The position numbers and the translations under genes were made by a program. Positions 31,328-43,883 of a stretch of 64,000 bases of DNA are shown here, in pieces. The notes below the pieces were generated by a model. It saw only the letters and a program-made list of their open reading frames with translations. It ran no database searches and was not told the origin of the DNA. Origin of the DNA: Escherichia phage vB_EcoM-fFiEco06; sequence record NC_054914.1. One strand, 5' to 3'. Position 1 is the first letter of the stretch. Every line of letters begins with the position of its first letter.

Positions 31328-31824
31328 AAAGTTTTAATAACCTCTATAATATCGTCTTGAGAAAGACCGTTAATTAAAATATGATGTTCAGCCGGAGATT
31401 TAGAAATTTTAAAGCACGCCGCAACATCTTCTGCCATATCCGATGCGCTACGATTTGGATTACTAATTCCAAGACGATGTTTTCCCGTTAAAGGATTAAC
31501 GATGATATAGCATTTACAGTTGTTAATATGAACATTAGGTTGAGTCTGATTAATGAACACATCGCAATCATATTTCGCAAGCTGATTTTCTAAAAAGACT
31601 TTCATCTCCTCAACCGCATCAGGAAGCATATCACGGGCTTGCTCAAGACGACGATTTCGATATTCTTTAATGGTCGTTTTCCGCTTGACTTGCTTAGCTA
31701 AATCTTTCTTAAGATCGGTGATATATCCAACTCGACGATTTCCTTTAAATACAGAAATCCCATCTGTAGTATCACCGTATGCTTCAACGACCATTTCAGT
31801 AGTAATAAGCTGCAAATCCATCAT
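31318..31824 (-). CDS. alc: Alc, host transcription terminator for cytosine-containing DNA
   Basis: 168 aa; position between the spanin pair and rnlA as in T4. Confidence 0.8.
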   Translation of the reverse strand: MMDLQLITTEMVVEAYGDTTDGISVFKGNRRVGYITDLKKDLAKQVKRKTTIKEYRNRRLEQARDMLPDAVEEMKVFLENQLAKYDCDVFINQTQPNVHINNCKCYIIVNPLTGKHRLGISNPNRSASDMAEDVAACFKISKSPAEHHILINGLSQDDIIEVIKTLCN

Positions 31825-31829
31825 AAAGT

Positions 31830-31882
31830 CCTCATGTTATGTCAGTAAGACTACTATAACACAACACGAGGGACTTGTAAAC
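31830..31882 (-). promoter_or_regulatory. Early promoter/stem-loop cassette, copy B (identical to 16016..16068)
   Basis: 53-bp perfect copy; supplies -35, -10 and SD for alc. Confidence 0.6.
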
Positions 31883-31885
31883 AGC

Positions 31886-33473
<1,588 letters not shown>

Positions 33474-33481
33474 AATAAAAT

Positions 33482-33495
33482 GGGCCTTGCGGCCC
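33482..33495 (-). terminator. Hairpin (gggcc-ttgc-ggccc) after nrdB
   Basis: GC stem directly downstream of the nrdB stop on the minus strand, followed by a T-rich tract. Confidence 0.5.
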
Positions 33496-33500
33496 ACTCC

Positions 33501-34679
33501 TTAAAAGTATTTTTTAAAACTCATCATAACTTTATCATCAACATCATTATCAATCTGTGCAACAAGGTAAGATGACAATTCTACTTCTTGTGGCGCAGAT
33601 TGAACATTATCAGAATTAAGATATTCACGAATCCAAGGATATGGATGTTTAACCGGAGCATCGGTAATTGGGCATGGAAGACCACACTGCTTCATACGAG
33701 ATACAGTTAAGTAATCAATAAAGCTCCACATGCTATTTGTATTTAATCCAGGAACATCTCCATCTTTAAATAAATGAACTGCCCAATCTTTTTCTTGGCG
33801 GTTAACTTCCATGAAAATATCAACTGCTTCTTGTTCACACTCTTGAGCAATTTTAACCCATTGATCGCCATCAGTACCAGATTGAAGTTGACGAATAATA
33901 TATTGGGTGCCTTTAAGGTGAAGCTGTTCATCGCGTGCAATGAACTTCATAATCTTGGCATTACCTTCCATGATTTCCATGTTCTTATGGAAGTTAAAGG
34001 TACATGCAAAAGATACATAAAAACGAATAGCTTCCAATGCGTTGATTACATGCAAACAGAGGTAAAGAGATTTCATTAGCTCACGCTTCCAATATGTCTC
34101 ATGCTCAATAGCATCTTCAATAACGTCTTCGTCTGCATTAATTTCTTTTTGGTATTCGATATCAGCTTTAGCGTTTTCCCAATAACGAGTTTTAATCAGA
34201 ACATCATCATAATAACGTCCAATGGATTCAGCACGTTTCATAATAGCTTCATCTAATACAATCTCATCAAATACCTTCGATGGATCAGTATAAAGATTTC
34301 GCATGATATGAGTATATGAACGACTGTGAATAGTTTCACTAAAAGTCCATGTAGCAACCCATGTATCAAGACTTGGGTCTGAAATTAATGACATAAGTAC
34401 AGCAGACGGCGCACGACCCTGAATGCTATCTAAAAGTGATTGATACTTCAGGTTGTTAGTAAAAATATTTTGCTGGTACTGAGGAAGCTTATTAAACTGT
34501 GCAGCATCCATCATCAAGTTTACTTCTTCAGGACGCCAGAAAAATGATAATTGCTTTTCGGTTAAATCTTCAAAAACTTTATGACGTTGAATATCATAAC
34601 GCGCAATACCAAGACCTGAACCAAAAAACATAGGTTCTTTTAAAACATCAACTGGATTTGTATTAAAAACTGTGCTCAT
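33501..34679 (-). CDS. nrdB: Ribonucleotide reductase small subunit NrdB (continuous, no intron)
   Basis: 392-aa uninterrupted ORF; di-iron ligand-type E/H motifs. Confidence 0.92.
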   Translation of the reverse strand: MSTVFNTNPVDVLKEPMFFGSGLGIARYDIQRHKVFEDLTEKQLSFFWRPEEVNLMMDAAQFNKLPQYQQNIFTNNLKYQSLLDSIQGRAPSAVLMSLISDPSLDTWVATWTFSETIHSRSYTHIMRNLYTDPSKVFDEIVLDEAIMKRAESIGRYYDDVLIKTRYWENAKADIEYQKEINADEDVIEDAIEHETYWKRELMKSLYLCLHVINALEAIRFYVSFACTFNFHKNMEIMEGNAKIMKFIARDEQLHLKGTQYIIRQLQSGTDGDQWVKIAQECEQEAVDIFMEVNRQEKDWAVHLFKDGDVPGLNTNSMWSFIDYLTVSRMKQCGLPCPITDAPVKHPYPWIREYLNSDNVQSAPQEVELSSYLVAQIDNDVDDKVMMSFKKYF

Positions 34680-34730
34680 AAATTTTCCGCTTAGTTAATA
34701 GTTGGTGACTCGTCCGTGAGTCAAATTATA

Positions 34731-36995
34731 TCATAATTTACAGGATGAACAATCTTCAGCTTTTGGAGTTTCTATTTCATAATCATCAGTACCAGAACCA
34801 TCGCGGGTATTATGATAATAGAAATTTTTTCCGCCAAAATACCAAAAATACAAAAGGTCATCAATCATTATTGACATTGGAACCTTGCCTTTAGGGAAGA
34901 TTTGGGGGTCATAGTATGTATTCGCCGAAGCTGATTGACAAACCCATTTCAGCATAATAGCTACCTGCGTAAGATAAGGTTTATTACCTTTCTTAGCTAA
35001 TTTCCATGTATAGTCGTAAAGGTCTATGTTATGCTCAATATTGGGCACGACTTGATTAAAGGAACCCTCTTTTGATTCTTTAACAGAGACTGGTCCACGT
35101 GGAGGCTCGATACCGTTTGTACTGTTAGAAACTTGGGAAGATGACTCACATGGCATAAGTGCTGATAATGTGCTATTACGGATGCCAAAGAGCTTAAGGT
35201 CTTCCCGCAGCGCCGACCAGTCACAAACGTATTTTGGAGCTGCGATTTGGTCAATCTTTTTATTGTACCAGTCGATAGGTAATTCGCCTCGAGACCAACG
35301 AGTGTCTGAATAATATTCGCAAGGTCCTTTTTCTTTGGCGAGCTTAATGGATGCTTTAATGAGTCCATACTGTAATCTCTCAAATAGTTCATGTGTTAAA
35401 TCATTAGCATCTTCATAAGAAGCAAAGTTACTTGCCAGCCAAGCTGCATAGTTGGTAACACCTACACCGAGGTTACGACGCTTTTTAGCTTTTTCTGCTT
35501 CAGGAACTGGATATCCTTGGTAATCCAACAGATTATCAAGAGCACGAACTTGAACTTCTGCCAATTCATTAATTTTATCTTGGTCTTGCCAGTCAAAATT
35601 ATCTAGTACGAATGCAGAGAGAGTACACAATCCAATTTCAGCATCAGGACTATTCACATCATTTGTTGGAATAGCAATTTCACAGCACAAGTTACTCTGA
35701 CGAATAGGTGCCTTTTCACGAATAAACGGAGTATAGTTATTCGTATTATCAATGAACTGTACATAAATTCTTGCTGTTCCTGAGCGTTCAGTCATGAGCA
35801 ATTCAAATAGTTCACGGGCTTTAATACGCTTTTTACGAATATTAGGGTCTTTTTCTGCTGCTTCGTATAATTCACGGAAACGGTCTTGGTCTTTAAAATA
35901 AGAATAATAAAGCTCTCCGCCCATTTCATGGGGACTGAACAAAGTAATGTAATCGTTCTTTCCAAAACGTTCCATCATCAAATCATTCAGTTGAACACCA
36001 TAATCCATATGACGAATGCGGTTTTCTTCTACGCCTTTGTTATTTTTCAAAACAAGAAGATTTTCAACTTCCAAATGCCAAATAGGATAATAAGCAGTAG
36101 CAGCGCCGCCACGAATTCCACCCTGTGAGCATGATTTAACAGCAGTCTGAAAATGTTTCCAAAAAGGAATAACACCAGTATGGCGTACTTCACCCATGCC
36201 AATCTTAGAACCTTCAGCACGAATCATACCAACGTTAATACCAATTCCAGCGCGTTTAGAGATATATTCAACAATTGAAGCAGAAGCCTTATTGATAGAC
36301 TTCAGTGAATCGCCTGCCTCAATAACAACGCATGAACTAAACTGCCGAGTTGGAGTACGGCAACCAGCCATAATAGGAGTTGGTAATGAAATCTGTCGAG
36401 TAGATACCGCTTCATAAAAACGGATAACATGTTTTAATCTATCAACAGGTTCATCTTGATGCAAGGCCATTCCAATAGTCATAAATGCAAACTGTGGAGT
36501 TTCATAAATTTGACCAGTGGTTTTATCTTTAACTAGATATTTTTCTTTTAATTGCATCGCCCCGGAATAAGTAAATTCCATATCCCGTTCGTGCTTAATT
36601 TTTGATTCTAAAAATGTAATTTCTTCTGCTGAATATTTTGACAACAGTTCAGGGTCGTATTTACCTTCATTTACACAGTAAGAAATATGGTCAATAAATG
36701 AACGCGGTTCATACTGCCCATAAACATGCTTACGAAGAGCGAACATTAGACAACGTGCAGCTACATATTGATAATCAGGCTCTTCGACCGAAATAGAATT
36801 CGCAGCGGCCTTAATGACAATAGTCTGAATATCATCAGTTGTCATTCCATCACGGAGATAAGATTTAATATTTTCATATAATTCATAAGGATCTACTGAT
36901 GTTCCCTCAGATGCCCAAGATAAAACTTTAATAATTTTTTGCGGGTCAAAGCTCTGAGAAACACCACTACTTTTGATAACATTAATTAATTGCAT
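34731..36995 (-). CDS. nrdA: Ribonucleotide reductase large subunit NrdA
   Basis: 754 aa; ATP-cone N-terminus; catalytic Cys motifs. Confidence 0.95.
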   Translation of the reverse strand: MQLINVIKSSGVSQSFDPQKIIKVLSWASEGTSVDPYELYENIKSYLRDGMTTDDIQTIVIKAAANSISVEEPDYQYVAARCLMFALRKHVYGQYEPRSFIDHISYCVNEGKYDPELLSKYSAEEITFLESKIKHERDMEFTYSGAMQLKEKYLVKDKTTGQIYETPQFAFMTIGMALHQDEPVDRLKHVIRFYEAVSTRQISLPTPIMAGCRTPTRQFSSCVVIEAGDSLKSINKASASIVEYISKRAGIGINVGMIRAEGSKIGMGEVRHTGVIPFWKHFQTAVKSCSQGGIRGGAATAYYPIWHLEVENLLVLKNNKGVEENRIRHMDYGVQLNDLMMERFGKNDYITLFSPHEMGGELYYSYFKDQDRFRELYEAAEKDPNIRKKRIKARELFELLMTERSGTARIYVQFIDNTNNYTPFIREKAPIRQSNLCCEIAIPTNDVNSPDAEIGLCTLSAFVLDNFDWQDQDKINELAEVQVRALDNLLDYQGYPVPEAEKAKKRRNLGVGVTNYAAWLASNFASYEDANDLTHELFERLQYGLIKASIKLAKEKGPCEYYSDTRWSRGELPIDWYNKKIDQIAAPKYVCDWSALREDLKLFGIRNSTLSALMPCESSSQVSNSTNGIEPPRGPVSVKESKEGSFNQVVPNIEHNIDLYDYTWKLAKKGNKPYLTQVAIMLKWVCQSASANTYYDPQIFPKGKVPMSIMIDDLLYFWYFGGKNFYYHNTRDGSGTDDYEIETPKAEDCSSCKL

Positions 36996-37312
36996 AAGTC
37001 CTCAACTTGAAAATCGTCTTTAAACAGTCGGTTAACTATATGAGCTATTATATCACCATGACACGGCTTTGGTTTACATGTGCATCCTAGCCTCATTCCA
37101 CGTAAAGGCTCTAAATGTGCTTTAGTTATTTCTCCGGATTTAATTCGACGTATAAAATCTTTTTTGAATAATTCAATGGCAGCCTCCCGGCTGCCAGCAT
37201 CTTTACCGACGTAATTTCCCCAAAATGTACCACGGTGAATATTCACATCAAAGTCGGATTTGTATTTATTCACTACCCGACATAGACGGCCCGCGCGGTG
37301 ATAATTCGGCAT
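36986..37312 (-). CDS. Hypothetical protein with Cys/His cluster (nrdA.1-like)
   Basis: 108 aa; [13 protein letters not shown] motif. Confidence 0.55.
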   Translation of the reverse strand: MPNYHRAGRLCRVVNKYKSDFDVNIHRGTFWGNYVGKDAGSREAAIELFKKDFIRRIKSGEITKAHLEPLRGMRLGCTCKPKPCHGDIIAHIVNRLFKDDFQVEDLCN

Positions 37313-37529
37313 ATTGTTTTTCCGTTAAAACAGTAATATCGTAGTAACAGTCAGAAGAAGTTTTAACTGTGGAAATTTTATTATCAAAATACTCACGAGT
37401 CATTTTATGAGTATAATATTTTTTGCCATAAATGATAATAGGCTGATTTGGTCCTGGAACTTCTAACTCACTTGGGTTAGGAAGTGTAAAAAGAACTACA
37501 CCAGAAGTATCTTTAAATCGTAAAATCAT
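37266..37529 (-). CDS. Hypothetical protein (nrdA.2-like)
   Basis: 87-aa ORF. Confidence 0.5.
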   Translation of the reverse strand: MILRFKDTSGVVLFTLPNPSELEVPGPNQPIIIYGKKYYTHKMTREYFDNKISTVKTSSDCYYDITVLTEKQYAELSPRGPSMSGSE

Positions 37530-37552
37530 AAATCCTCACAATTAAATTAAAA

Positions 37553-37864
37553 TTACACCGCCATTTTTCCTTTCAAGACGCCGTGGGACTGATAATCTTT
37601 GAGAACGAAATCTTTAGGCCTGAGTTTAAGAATGTATTCCAATTGTTCTTTAGTAGAAAGATAGCGGAATTTATAAGGCAATCCGCCTATTACCAGTTCA
37701 CAAAGCTCTTTAGGTTCACGACGCAAAATTTCTTTACATTGTTCTACGTGATTCATATAGATATGAGTATTACCACCGGAAAATATCAAATCTCCCGGAA
37801 TAAGATTACACATCTTAGCTACAATATGAACTAACGTAGCATATGATGCAATATTAAATGGAAG
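37553..37864 (-). CDS. td: Thymidylate synthase, exon 2
   Basis: Encodes LPFNIASYATLVH… to the stop; 3' splice site after …CATAATG. Confidence 0.9.
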   Translation of the reverse strand, partial: LPFNIASYATLVHIVAKMCNLIPGDLIFSGGNTHIYMNHVEQCKEILRREPKELCELVIGGLPYKFRYLSTKEQLEYILKLRPKDFVLKDYQSHGVLKGKMAV

Positions 37865-38880
37865 CATTATGTTCAGATAAGGTCGTTAATCTTACCCCGG
37901 AATTATATCCAGCTGCATGTCACCATGCAGATCAGACTATATCTCCAACTTGTTAAAGCAAGTTGTCTATCGTTTCGAGTCACTTGACCCTACTCCCCAA
38001 AGGGATAGTCGTTAGGCATTTATGTAGAACCAATTCCATTTATCAGATTTTACACGATAAGTAACTAATCCAGACGAAATTTTAAAATGTCTAGCTGCAT
38101 CTGCTGCACAATCAAAAATAACCCCATCACATGAAATCTTTTTAATATTACTAGGCTTTTTACCTTTCATCTTTTCTGATATTTTAGATTTAGTTATGTC
38201 TGAATGCTTATGATTAAAGAATGAATTATTTTCACCTGAACGATTTCTGCATTTACTACAAGTATAAGCAGAAGTTTGTATGCGAACACCGCACTTACAA
38301 AACTTATGGGTTTCTGGATTCAAACGCCCGTTTTTACTTCCGGGTTTACTGTAAAGAGCTTTCCGACCATCAGGTCCAAGTTTAAGCATCTTAGCTTTAA
38401 CAGTTTCAGAACGTTTCTTAATAATTTCTTCTTTTAATGGATGCGTAGAACATGTATCACCAAACGTTGCATCAGCAATATTGTATCCATTAATTTTAGA
38501 ATTAAGCTCTTTAATCCAAAAATTTTCTCGTTCAATAATCAAATCTTTCTCATATGGAATTTCTTCCAAAATAGAACATTCAAACACATTACCATGTTTG
38601 TTAAAAGACCTCTGAAGCTTTATAGAAGAATGGCATCCTTTTTCTAAATCTTTAAAATGCCTCTTCCATCTCTTTTCAAAATCTTTAGCACTTCCTACAT
38701 ATACTTTATTGTTTAAAGTATTTTTAATCTGATAAATTCCGCTTTTCATAAATACCTCTTTAAATATAGAAGTATTTATTAAAGGGCAGTCCTACAATTT
38801 AGCACGGGATTGTCTACTAGAGAGGTTCCCCGTTTAGATAGATTACAAGTATAAGTCACCTTATACTCAGGCCTCAATTA
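37865..38880 (-). mobile_element. td group I self-splicing intron (1016 nt) carrying I-TevI
   Basis: 5' end reads TAATTGAGGCCTGAGTATAAGGTGACTTATACTTG… as I recall for the T4 td intron; in-frame stop terminates exon 1. Confidence 0.9.
38012..38749 (-). CDS. I-TevI: Homing endonuclease I-TevI (GIY-YIG)
   Basis: 245 aa; N-terminal GIYQIKN…VYVGSAKDFEKR GIY-YIG motif; C-terminal Zn-finger/HTH region. Confidence 0.92.
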   Translation of the reverse strand: MKSGIYQIKNTLNNKVYVGSAKDFEKRWKRHFKDLEKGCHSSIKLQRSFNKHGNVFECSILEEIPYEKDLIIERENFWIKELNSKINGYNIADATFGDTCSTHPLKEEIIKKRSETVKAKMLKLGPDGRKALYSKPGSKNGRLNPETHKFCKCGVRIQTSAYTCSKCRNRSGENNSFFNHKHSDITKSKISEKMKGKKPSNIKKISCDGVIFDCAADAARHFKISSGLVTYRVKSDKWNWFYINA

Positions 38881-39428
38881 ACCCAAGAAAACATCTACTG
38901 ATCGTTGATACCACTGCAAATCCAAATAGCCATTACGCACATTAAACTGATAGAACATATGACAAGGCGGTAATGCCATCTGCTTGAGTTCAGCTGGATT
39001 CCATGCTGAAACAATTTGACGCCTATCATTTGGCAATTTTTTAATACGATCAATAACTTCTATAATTTGGTCTACACCACCAAAATCACGCCACTGTTTT
39101 CCATAAATTGGACCAAGTTCACCGCTATGGTATCCTAAATCTTTTGCTTGATTTTCGTAATTTTCATCCCAAACTGTTTTGCCTTGGATTAACGAATCAT
39201 GTTGAATTAATCGCAAATCATTGACATTTGTGCTTCCCGATAAAAACCAAAGCAGCTCAGCAATGCAAGCTTTCCAGGCGAGCTTCTTAGTTGTTACTGC
39301 AGGAAAACCTTTAGTTAAATCCCAGCGTAATTTAGTACCGAACAAAGCAATTGTTCCTGTGCCTGTTCGGTCATCGGTTTCGTAGCCATTTTCCAGGATA
39401 TCTTTAATTAAAAATTGGTATTGTTTCA

Positions 39429-39429
<1 letters not shown>
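38881..39429 (-). CDS. td: Thymidylate synthase, exon 1
   Basis: MKQYQ… to …RSVDVFLG; the active-site Cys (…PPCHMFYQF…) lies in this exon. Confidence 0.9.
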
Positions 39430-40458
<1,029 letters not shown>

Positions 40459-40468
40459 ATTATTTTCC

Positions 40469-40711
40469 TTAAACAGACTTTTTCACAATTTTCCAATCAG
40501 CTTTAAACTGCTCGACGTCAGAATGGTAAATCCAGAATCCTGCGCTTTCACCGTCTTCATAAAGCGGACACCCATCACATTCATCTTCCCATCCCATGCC
40601 ACGTAAAAGGTGTTCAGCTTTTTCAACAAGTTCAGAATCTTTACCGATGATATTAAAATACCATTTACCTCTAACTTCTGAATCTTTGATGCTCTGGCGT
40701 TGTAATCTCAT
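40469..40711 (-). CDS. Hypothetical protein
   Basis: 80-aa ORF. Confidence 0.55.
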   Translation of the reverse strand: MRLQRQSIKDSEVRGKWYFNIIGKDSELVEKAEHLLRGMGWEDECDGCPLYEDGESAGFWIYHSDVEQFKADWKIVKKSV

Positions 40712-40849
40712 TTTATTCTCCTTAGCAAGCTTTAATCAAAAGATATAAACAGACCAACATAACTGCTGCCATAATATAAGGTGCGAACATTTTCTTTTCT
40801 CCATTAGTTTTGATAGGGTAATAGTATCACACTACTACCCTTCTGTAAA

Positions 40850-41215
40850 CTACTTTTTGAAAGTTTTTCGCAAAAGTTCAATGATTTCATCTACATTGTT
40901 TTCGTCAACAATGCAGTGAATTTTTGTTACGCCAGAAACTTTGTCTTTGACTTCATCTTCTTCAGAAGTCGGTTCTTTATACTCACGAAAACAATGAAAT
41001 TCGTCTTCACAAACGTTAAAGTAAAAATGCTTTCCATTTGCGCATTCAATGTGTTTTATTACTCTAAATCCATCAACAAAGAAAGCTTCTTTAACTTCAA
41101 ACCATCCGCCATTTTCTTGAATAATTTTAACTATTGCTGAATTAGAACGTGGGCGATAATTAATAAATGTATCAATAAGTCTTGGAACAAGTTCATACTT
41201 TTTACCGATATACAT
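40850..41215 (-). CDS. Hypothetical protein
   Basis: 121-aa ORF. Confidence 0.55.
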   Translation of the reverse strand: MYIGKKYELVPRLIDTFINYRPRSNSAIVKIIQENGGWFEVKEAFFVDGFRVIKHIECANGKHFYFNVCEDEFHCFREYKEPTSEEDEVKDKVSGVTKIHCIVDENNVDEIIELLRKTFKK

Positions 41216-41259
41216 TATGTTTTCCTCATTTTAACGGGGCTGTAATAGCCCCTTGATAA

Positions 41260-41487
41260 TTATTGTTCAATCAATCCCATGTAAAATTCTGCGTCTTCAG
41301 AATCCATACCATCACAATATTCATTAGCCATAAAGCGGGTGAGGTCTTCAAGAGGACCTTCAATAACGATTTGAATACTCCAAAACTTAGAATCTTGCAC
41401 GCTTGTGATACTAAGTTCAGGATAACGATTACGAATAATTTCTTCGATATATTCAAAATCAACGATGTCAATATCAACTTTAGCCAT
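41260..41487 (-). CDS. Hypothetical acidic protein (start at MAKVDIDI…)
   Basis: Internal ATG preceded by an AAAGAGGAAAA Shine-Dalgarno. Confidence 0.5.
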   Translation of the reverse strand: MAKVDIDIVDFEYIEEIIRNRYPELSITSVQDSKFWSIQIVIEGPLEDLTRFMANEYCDGMDSEDAEFYMGLIEQ

Positions 41488-41520
41488 ATTATTTTCCTCT
41501 TTAATCATCAGCAGTATTGC

Positions 41521-41580
41521 CGATAGTTGTATAGTACCATGGAAGGACAAGGATGTAAACCGTTTTGTGAAAAAATTTTT
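41521..41580 (-). promoter_or_regulatory. T4-type early promoter with A/T-rich UP element
   Basis: Minus strand: AAAATTTTTTCACAAAACG GTTTACA …17 bp… TACTATAC. Confidence 0.55.
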
Positions 41581-41590
41581 GAAATAAAAA

Positions 41591-41609
41591 GGGGACCTCT
41601 AGGGTCCCC
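41591..41609 (-). terminator. Terminator hairpin after gene 32 (ggggacc-ctaga-ggtcccc + T-run)
   Basis: 7-bp GC stem immediately downstream of the gp32 stop, followed by TTTTTATTT on the minus strand. Confidence 0.6.
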
Positions 41610-41631
41610 AATTAATTAGTAATATAATCTA

Positions 41632-42540
41632 TTAAAGGTCATTCAAAAGGTCATCTAGGTCCGTGTCATCAGCACTAGATGAACTGCCAGAGCTTGAGCT
41701 CATAAAATCATCTTCAGTTTTTGTATTGAAGTCATCAACATTGAATGCATCCAAATCATCAGCAACTTTATCAGCTTTCTTAGCAGCAGTTGCAGCAGCA
41801 CCGCCCATCACAGCAGTTCCCATAACTTGACCGAATTTAGTGCTCAGTTCTTCAAACGATTTGAATTTATCTTTAGAAGTCATTTCAGAAAGGTCAACCA
41901 TTTGTTCGAACAGTTCTTTCTGGAAAGATTCATCGTCAATGTTTGGAATCGCAGATTGATTCAGGAATTTAGATTCGTCGTAGTTACTAAATCCAGAAAC
42001 CTGTTTAACTTTCAGTACAAAGTTAGCACCTTCCCACGGACAAGTTACATCAACCGGAGTTTCACCCATTTCAACATCAACCGCAATCATCGCGTTGATT
42101 TTATCCCAGATTTTCTTACCGAAACGATATTTAAATACTTTACCTTCATTTTCTGGAGCAGCTGGGTCTTTTACAACAAGAATATTAGCCCAGTAAGAAG
42201 TTTTACGTTTAACAAGACTGTACTCTTTATTGTCAGTGTTGTACAGATCATTTTTACTGATGTACTGACATACTGGACAAGAATCGTAATCACCGTGGGT
42301 AGATGAACAGTTTTCAATATACCATTTACCATTTTTCTTGAAACCGTGATTTACAAGAATTGCGAACGGTGCTTGTTCATCATTTTTAGACGGAAGAAAA
42401 CGAATTACTGCTTGACCGTTACCCGCATTGTCGAGTTTCAGTTTCCACTCGCCTTTATCTTCAGAAGAAAAACCACCTTTATTTCCAGCCAGTTTAGCCA
42501 TTTGTGCAGCGAGTTCAGCAGTAGATTTACGTTTAAACAT
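41632..42540 (-). CDS. 32: Single-stranded DNA-binding protein gp32
   Basis: 302 aa; acidic Ser/Asp-rich C-terminal tail. Confidence 0.95.
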   Translation of the reverse strand: MFKRKSTAELAAQMAKLAGNKGGFSSEDKGEWKLKLDNAGNGQAVIRFLPSKNDEQAPFAILVNHGFKKNGKWYIENCSSTHGDYDSCPVCQYISKNDLYNTDNKEYSLVKRKTSYWANILVVKDPAAPENEGKVFKYRFGKKIWDKINAMIAVDVEMGETPVDVTCPWEGANFVLKVKQVSGFSNYDESKFLNQSAIPNIDDESFQKELFEQMVDLSEMTSKDKFKSFEELSTKFGQVMGTAVMGGAAATAAKKADKVADDLDAFNVDDFNTKTEDDFMSSSSGSSSSADDTDLDDLLNDL

Positions 42541-42642
42541 TTTTATTTCCTTTTTAATTTAATTAACAGTTGGTGCTATGACGATGTATGACCTCATAGC
42601 TGGTCAGTGAGATAATTATAATCTATTTATAATAAGCAATTA
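42541..42642 (-). promoter_or_regulatory. Gene 32 leader with candidate middle (MotA-box) and late promoters
   Basis: Minus strand ATTGCTTA box, TATAAATA, then TATAAT; A/U-rich leader before the ATG. Confidence 0.5.
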
Positions 42643-43293
42643 ATACTTGCAAGATTTCACAGTTTCAATGAAAACATTTTTAGCTTTCTGTGAATCAATA
42701 TTTAAAATTTTTCTATAAGCCTTTAACTTTATAGAATAATTATTCCAGACTAAATTATCAGTCTGTTCATCATGTTTATCAATTATATTTAAAAACGAAT
42801 CAAGCAAGATAAACGTTTCAAACGAAATTATATTCGATTGAAGTAGTTTAAAAATATAACTTGATTGAACTTTTGGATTATACTCAAAGATTTCTTTAAA
42901 AGCAGAAACTTCAACTTTCTTACTAAAATAATAAATGTTGCGAATATCTTCTTCAAACTTAAATTTAATTTGCTTTAAGCGTCCGATATATTCACGATAA
43001 AACACAAGTGCATCAGCGTCAGAGATGTCGCCAATCCAAGCATCCTGGTTAGCAACAAGATTGCTTATAAAGATTAAAGCAAGTTCCTTTAATTTATATT
43101 TTTCTGATAACTTCTGGAAAAAATACTTATCCCTTCGCTTTTGATAAGCGGCATCAGACACCCGCATGCACCAATTATACTTAATAACATCATACTTTCC
43201 ATTCATATGTTGTTTTATCATTAAGTATAATTTATAAACTGATTTACCATCAATGTATCTTTCACCACCAGCAGGCATGCGGAGTTTAATCAT
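42640..43293 (-). CDS. 59: Helicase loader gp59
   Basis: 217 aa; synteny. Confidence 0.9.
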   Translation of the reverse strand: MIKLRMPAGGERYIDGKSVYKLYLMIKQHMNGKYDVIKYNWCMRVSDAAYQKRRDKYFFQKLSEKYKLKELALIFISNLVANQDAWIGDISDADALVFYREYIGRLKQIKFKFEEDIRNIYYFSKKVEVSAFKEIFEYNPKVQSSYIFKLLQSNIISFETFILLDSFLNIIDKHDEQTDNLVWNNYSIKLKAYRKILNIDSQKAKNVFIETVKSCKY

Positions 43294-43628
43294 AGTAGAA
43301 AATCTAATGTATTAGTTTTTTCACAACGAACAACAGAAGGACGTAAAAGATTTTCGTCAATGGCTTCTGACTGAATTTTTTCAATTATACCCGAAGGAAT
43401 AAATTTAGCAAATTGAGTTTCAGGAATAGAGTTTTCTTCTAAGAATGCTGTTGTAGCTTCAAGATAACTCATTCCAAACTCTTCTACCATTTTTTCAATA
43501 ATAAATCCATTTTCTTGACGATCAAGAAGCTTTGCTATTTCATCCTTTTCTTTCTTGATTGAAAGTTCTTTTTCTGAAAGACCGGTCTCATCGACCGGAC
43601 GAATGTCATTTAGAGAAAACTGTGTCAT
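43290..43628 (-). CDS. 33: Late transcription co-activator gp33
   Basis: 112 aa from MTQFSLND…; the track ORF carries a 3-residue upstream extension. Confidence 0.88.
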   Translation of the reverse strand: MTQFSLNDIRPVDETGLSEKELSIKKEKDEIAKLLDRQENGFIIEKMVEEFGMSYLEATTAFLEENSIPETQFAKFIPSGIIEKIQSEAIDENLLRPSVVRCEKTNTLDFLL

Positions 43629-43875
43629 AAAGTTCAACTACCTCTTCAGTTTCAGCTTCAAACACATCACGGTTATCTTTATGATACAAAGCTAATAGAC
43701 GATTAAACATCTTACCATCAACGCCAAGTTCATCTTTGGCACGAATTCGAATATCTTTAATCAGTTCATTATAACCGGAAATTTTCAGTTTATGATCAGA
43801 TGCTTCTTTAATAAATTTAGCCAAGTCTTCGCCATGGATAGCTTCATCAAATTCAACCATTTCTTTTTTAGCCAT
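43606..43875 (-). CDS. dsbA: Double-stranded DNA-binding protein DsbA
   Basis: 89 aa; synteny. Confidence 0.85.
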   Translation of the reverse strand: MAKKEMVEFDEAIHGEDLAKFIKEASDHKLKISGYNELIKDIRIRAKDELGVDGKMFNRLLALYHKDNRDVFEAETEEVVELYDTVFSK

Positions 43876-43883
43876 TATTCACC

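Noticed and set aside
33501-34679. Looked for a group I intron/I-TevIII in nrdB
   Set aside because: nrdB is an uninterrupted 392-codon ORF; no intron present.
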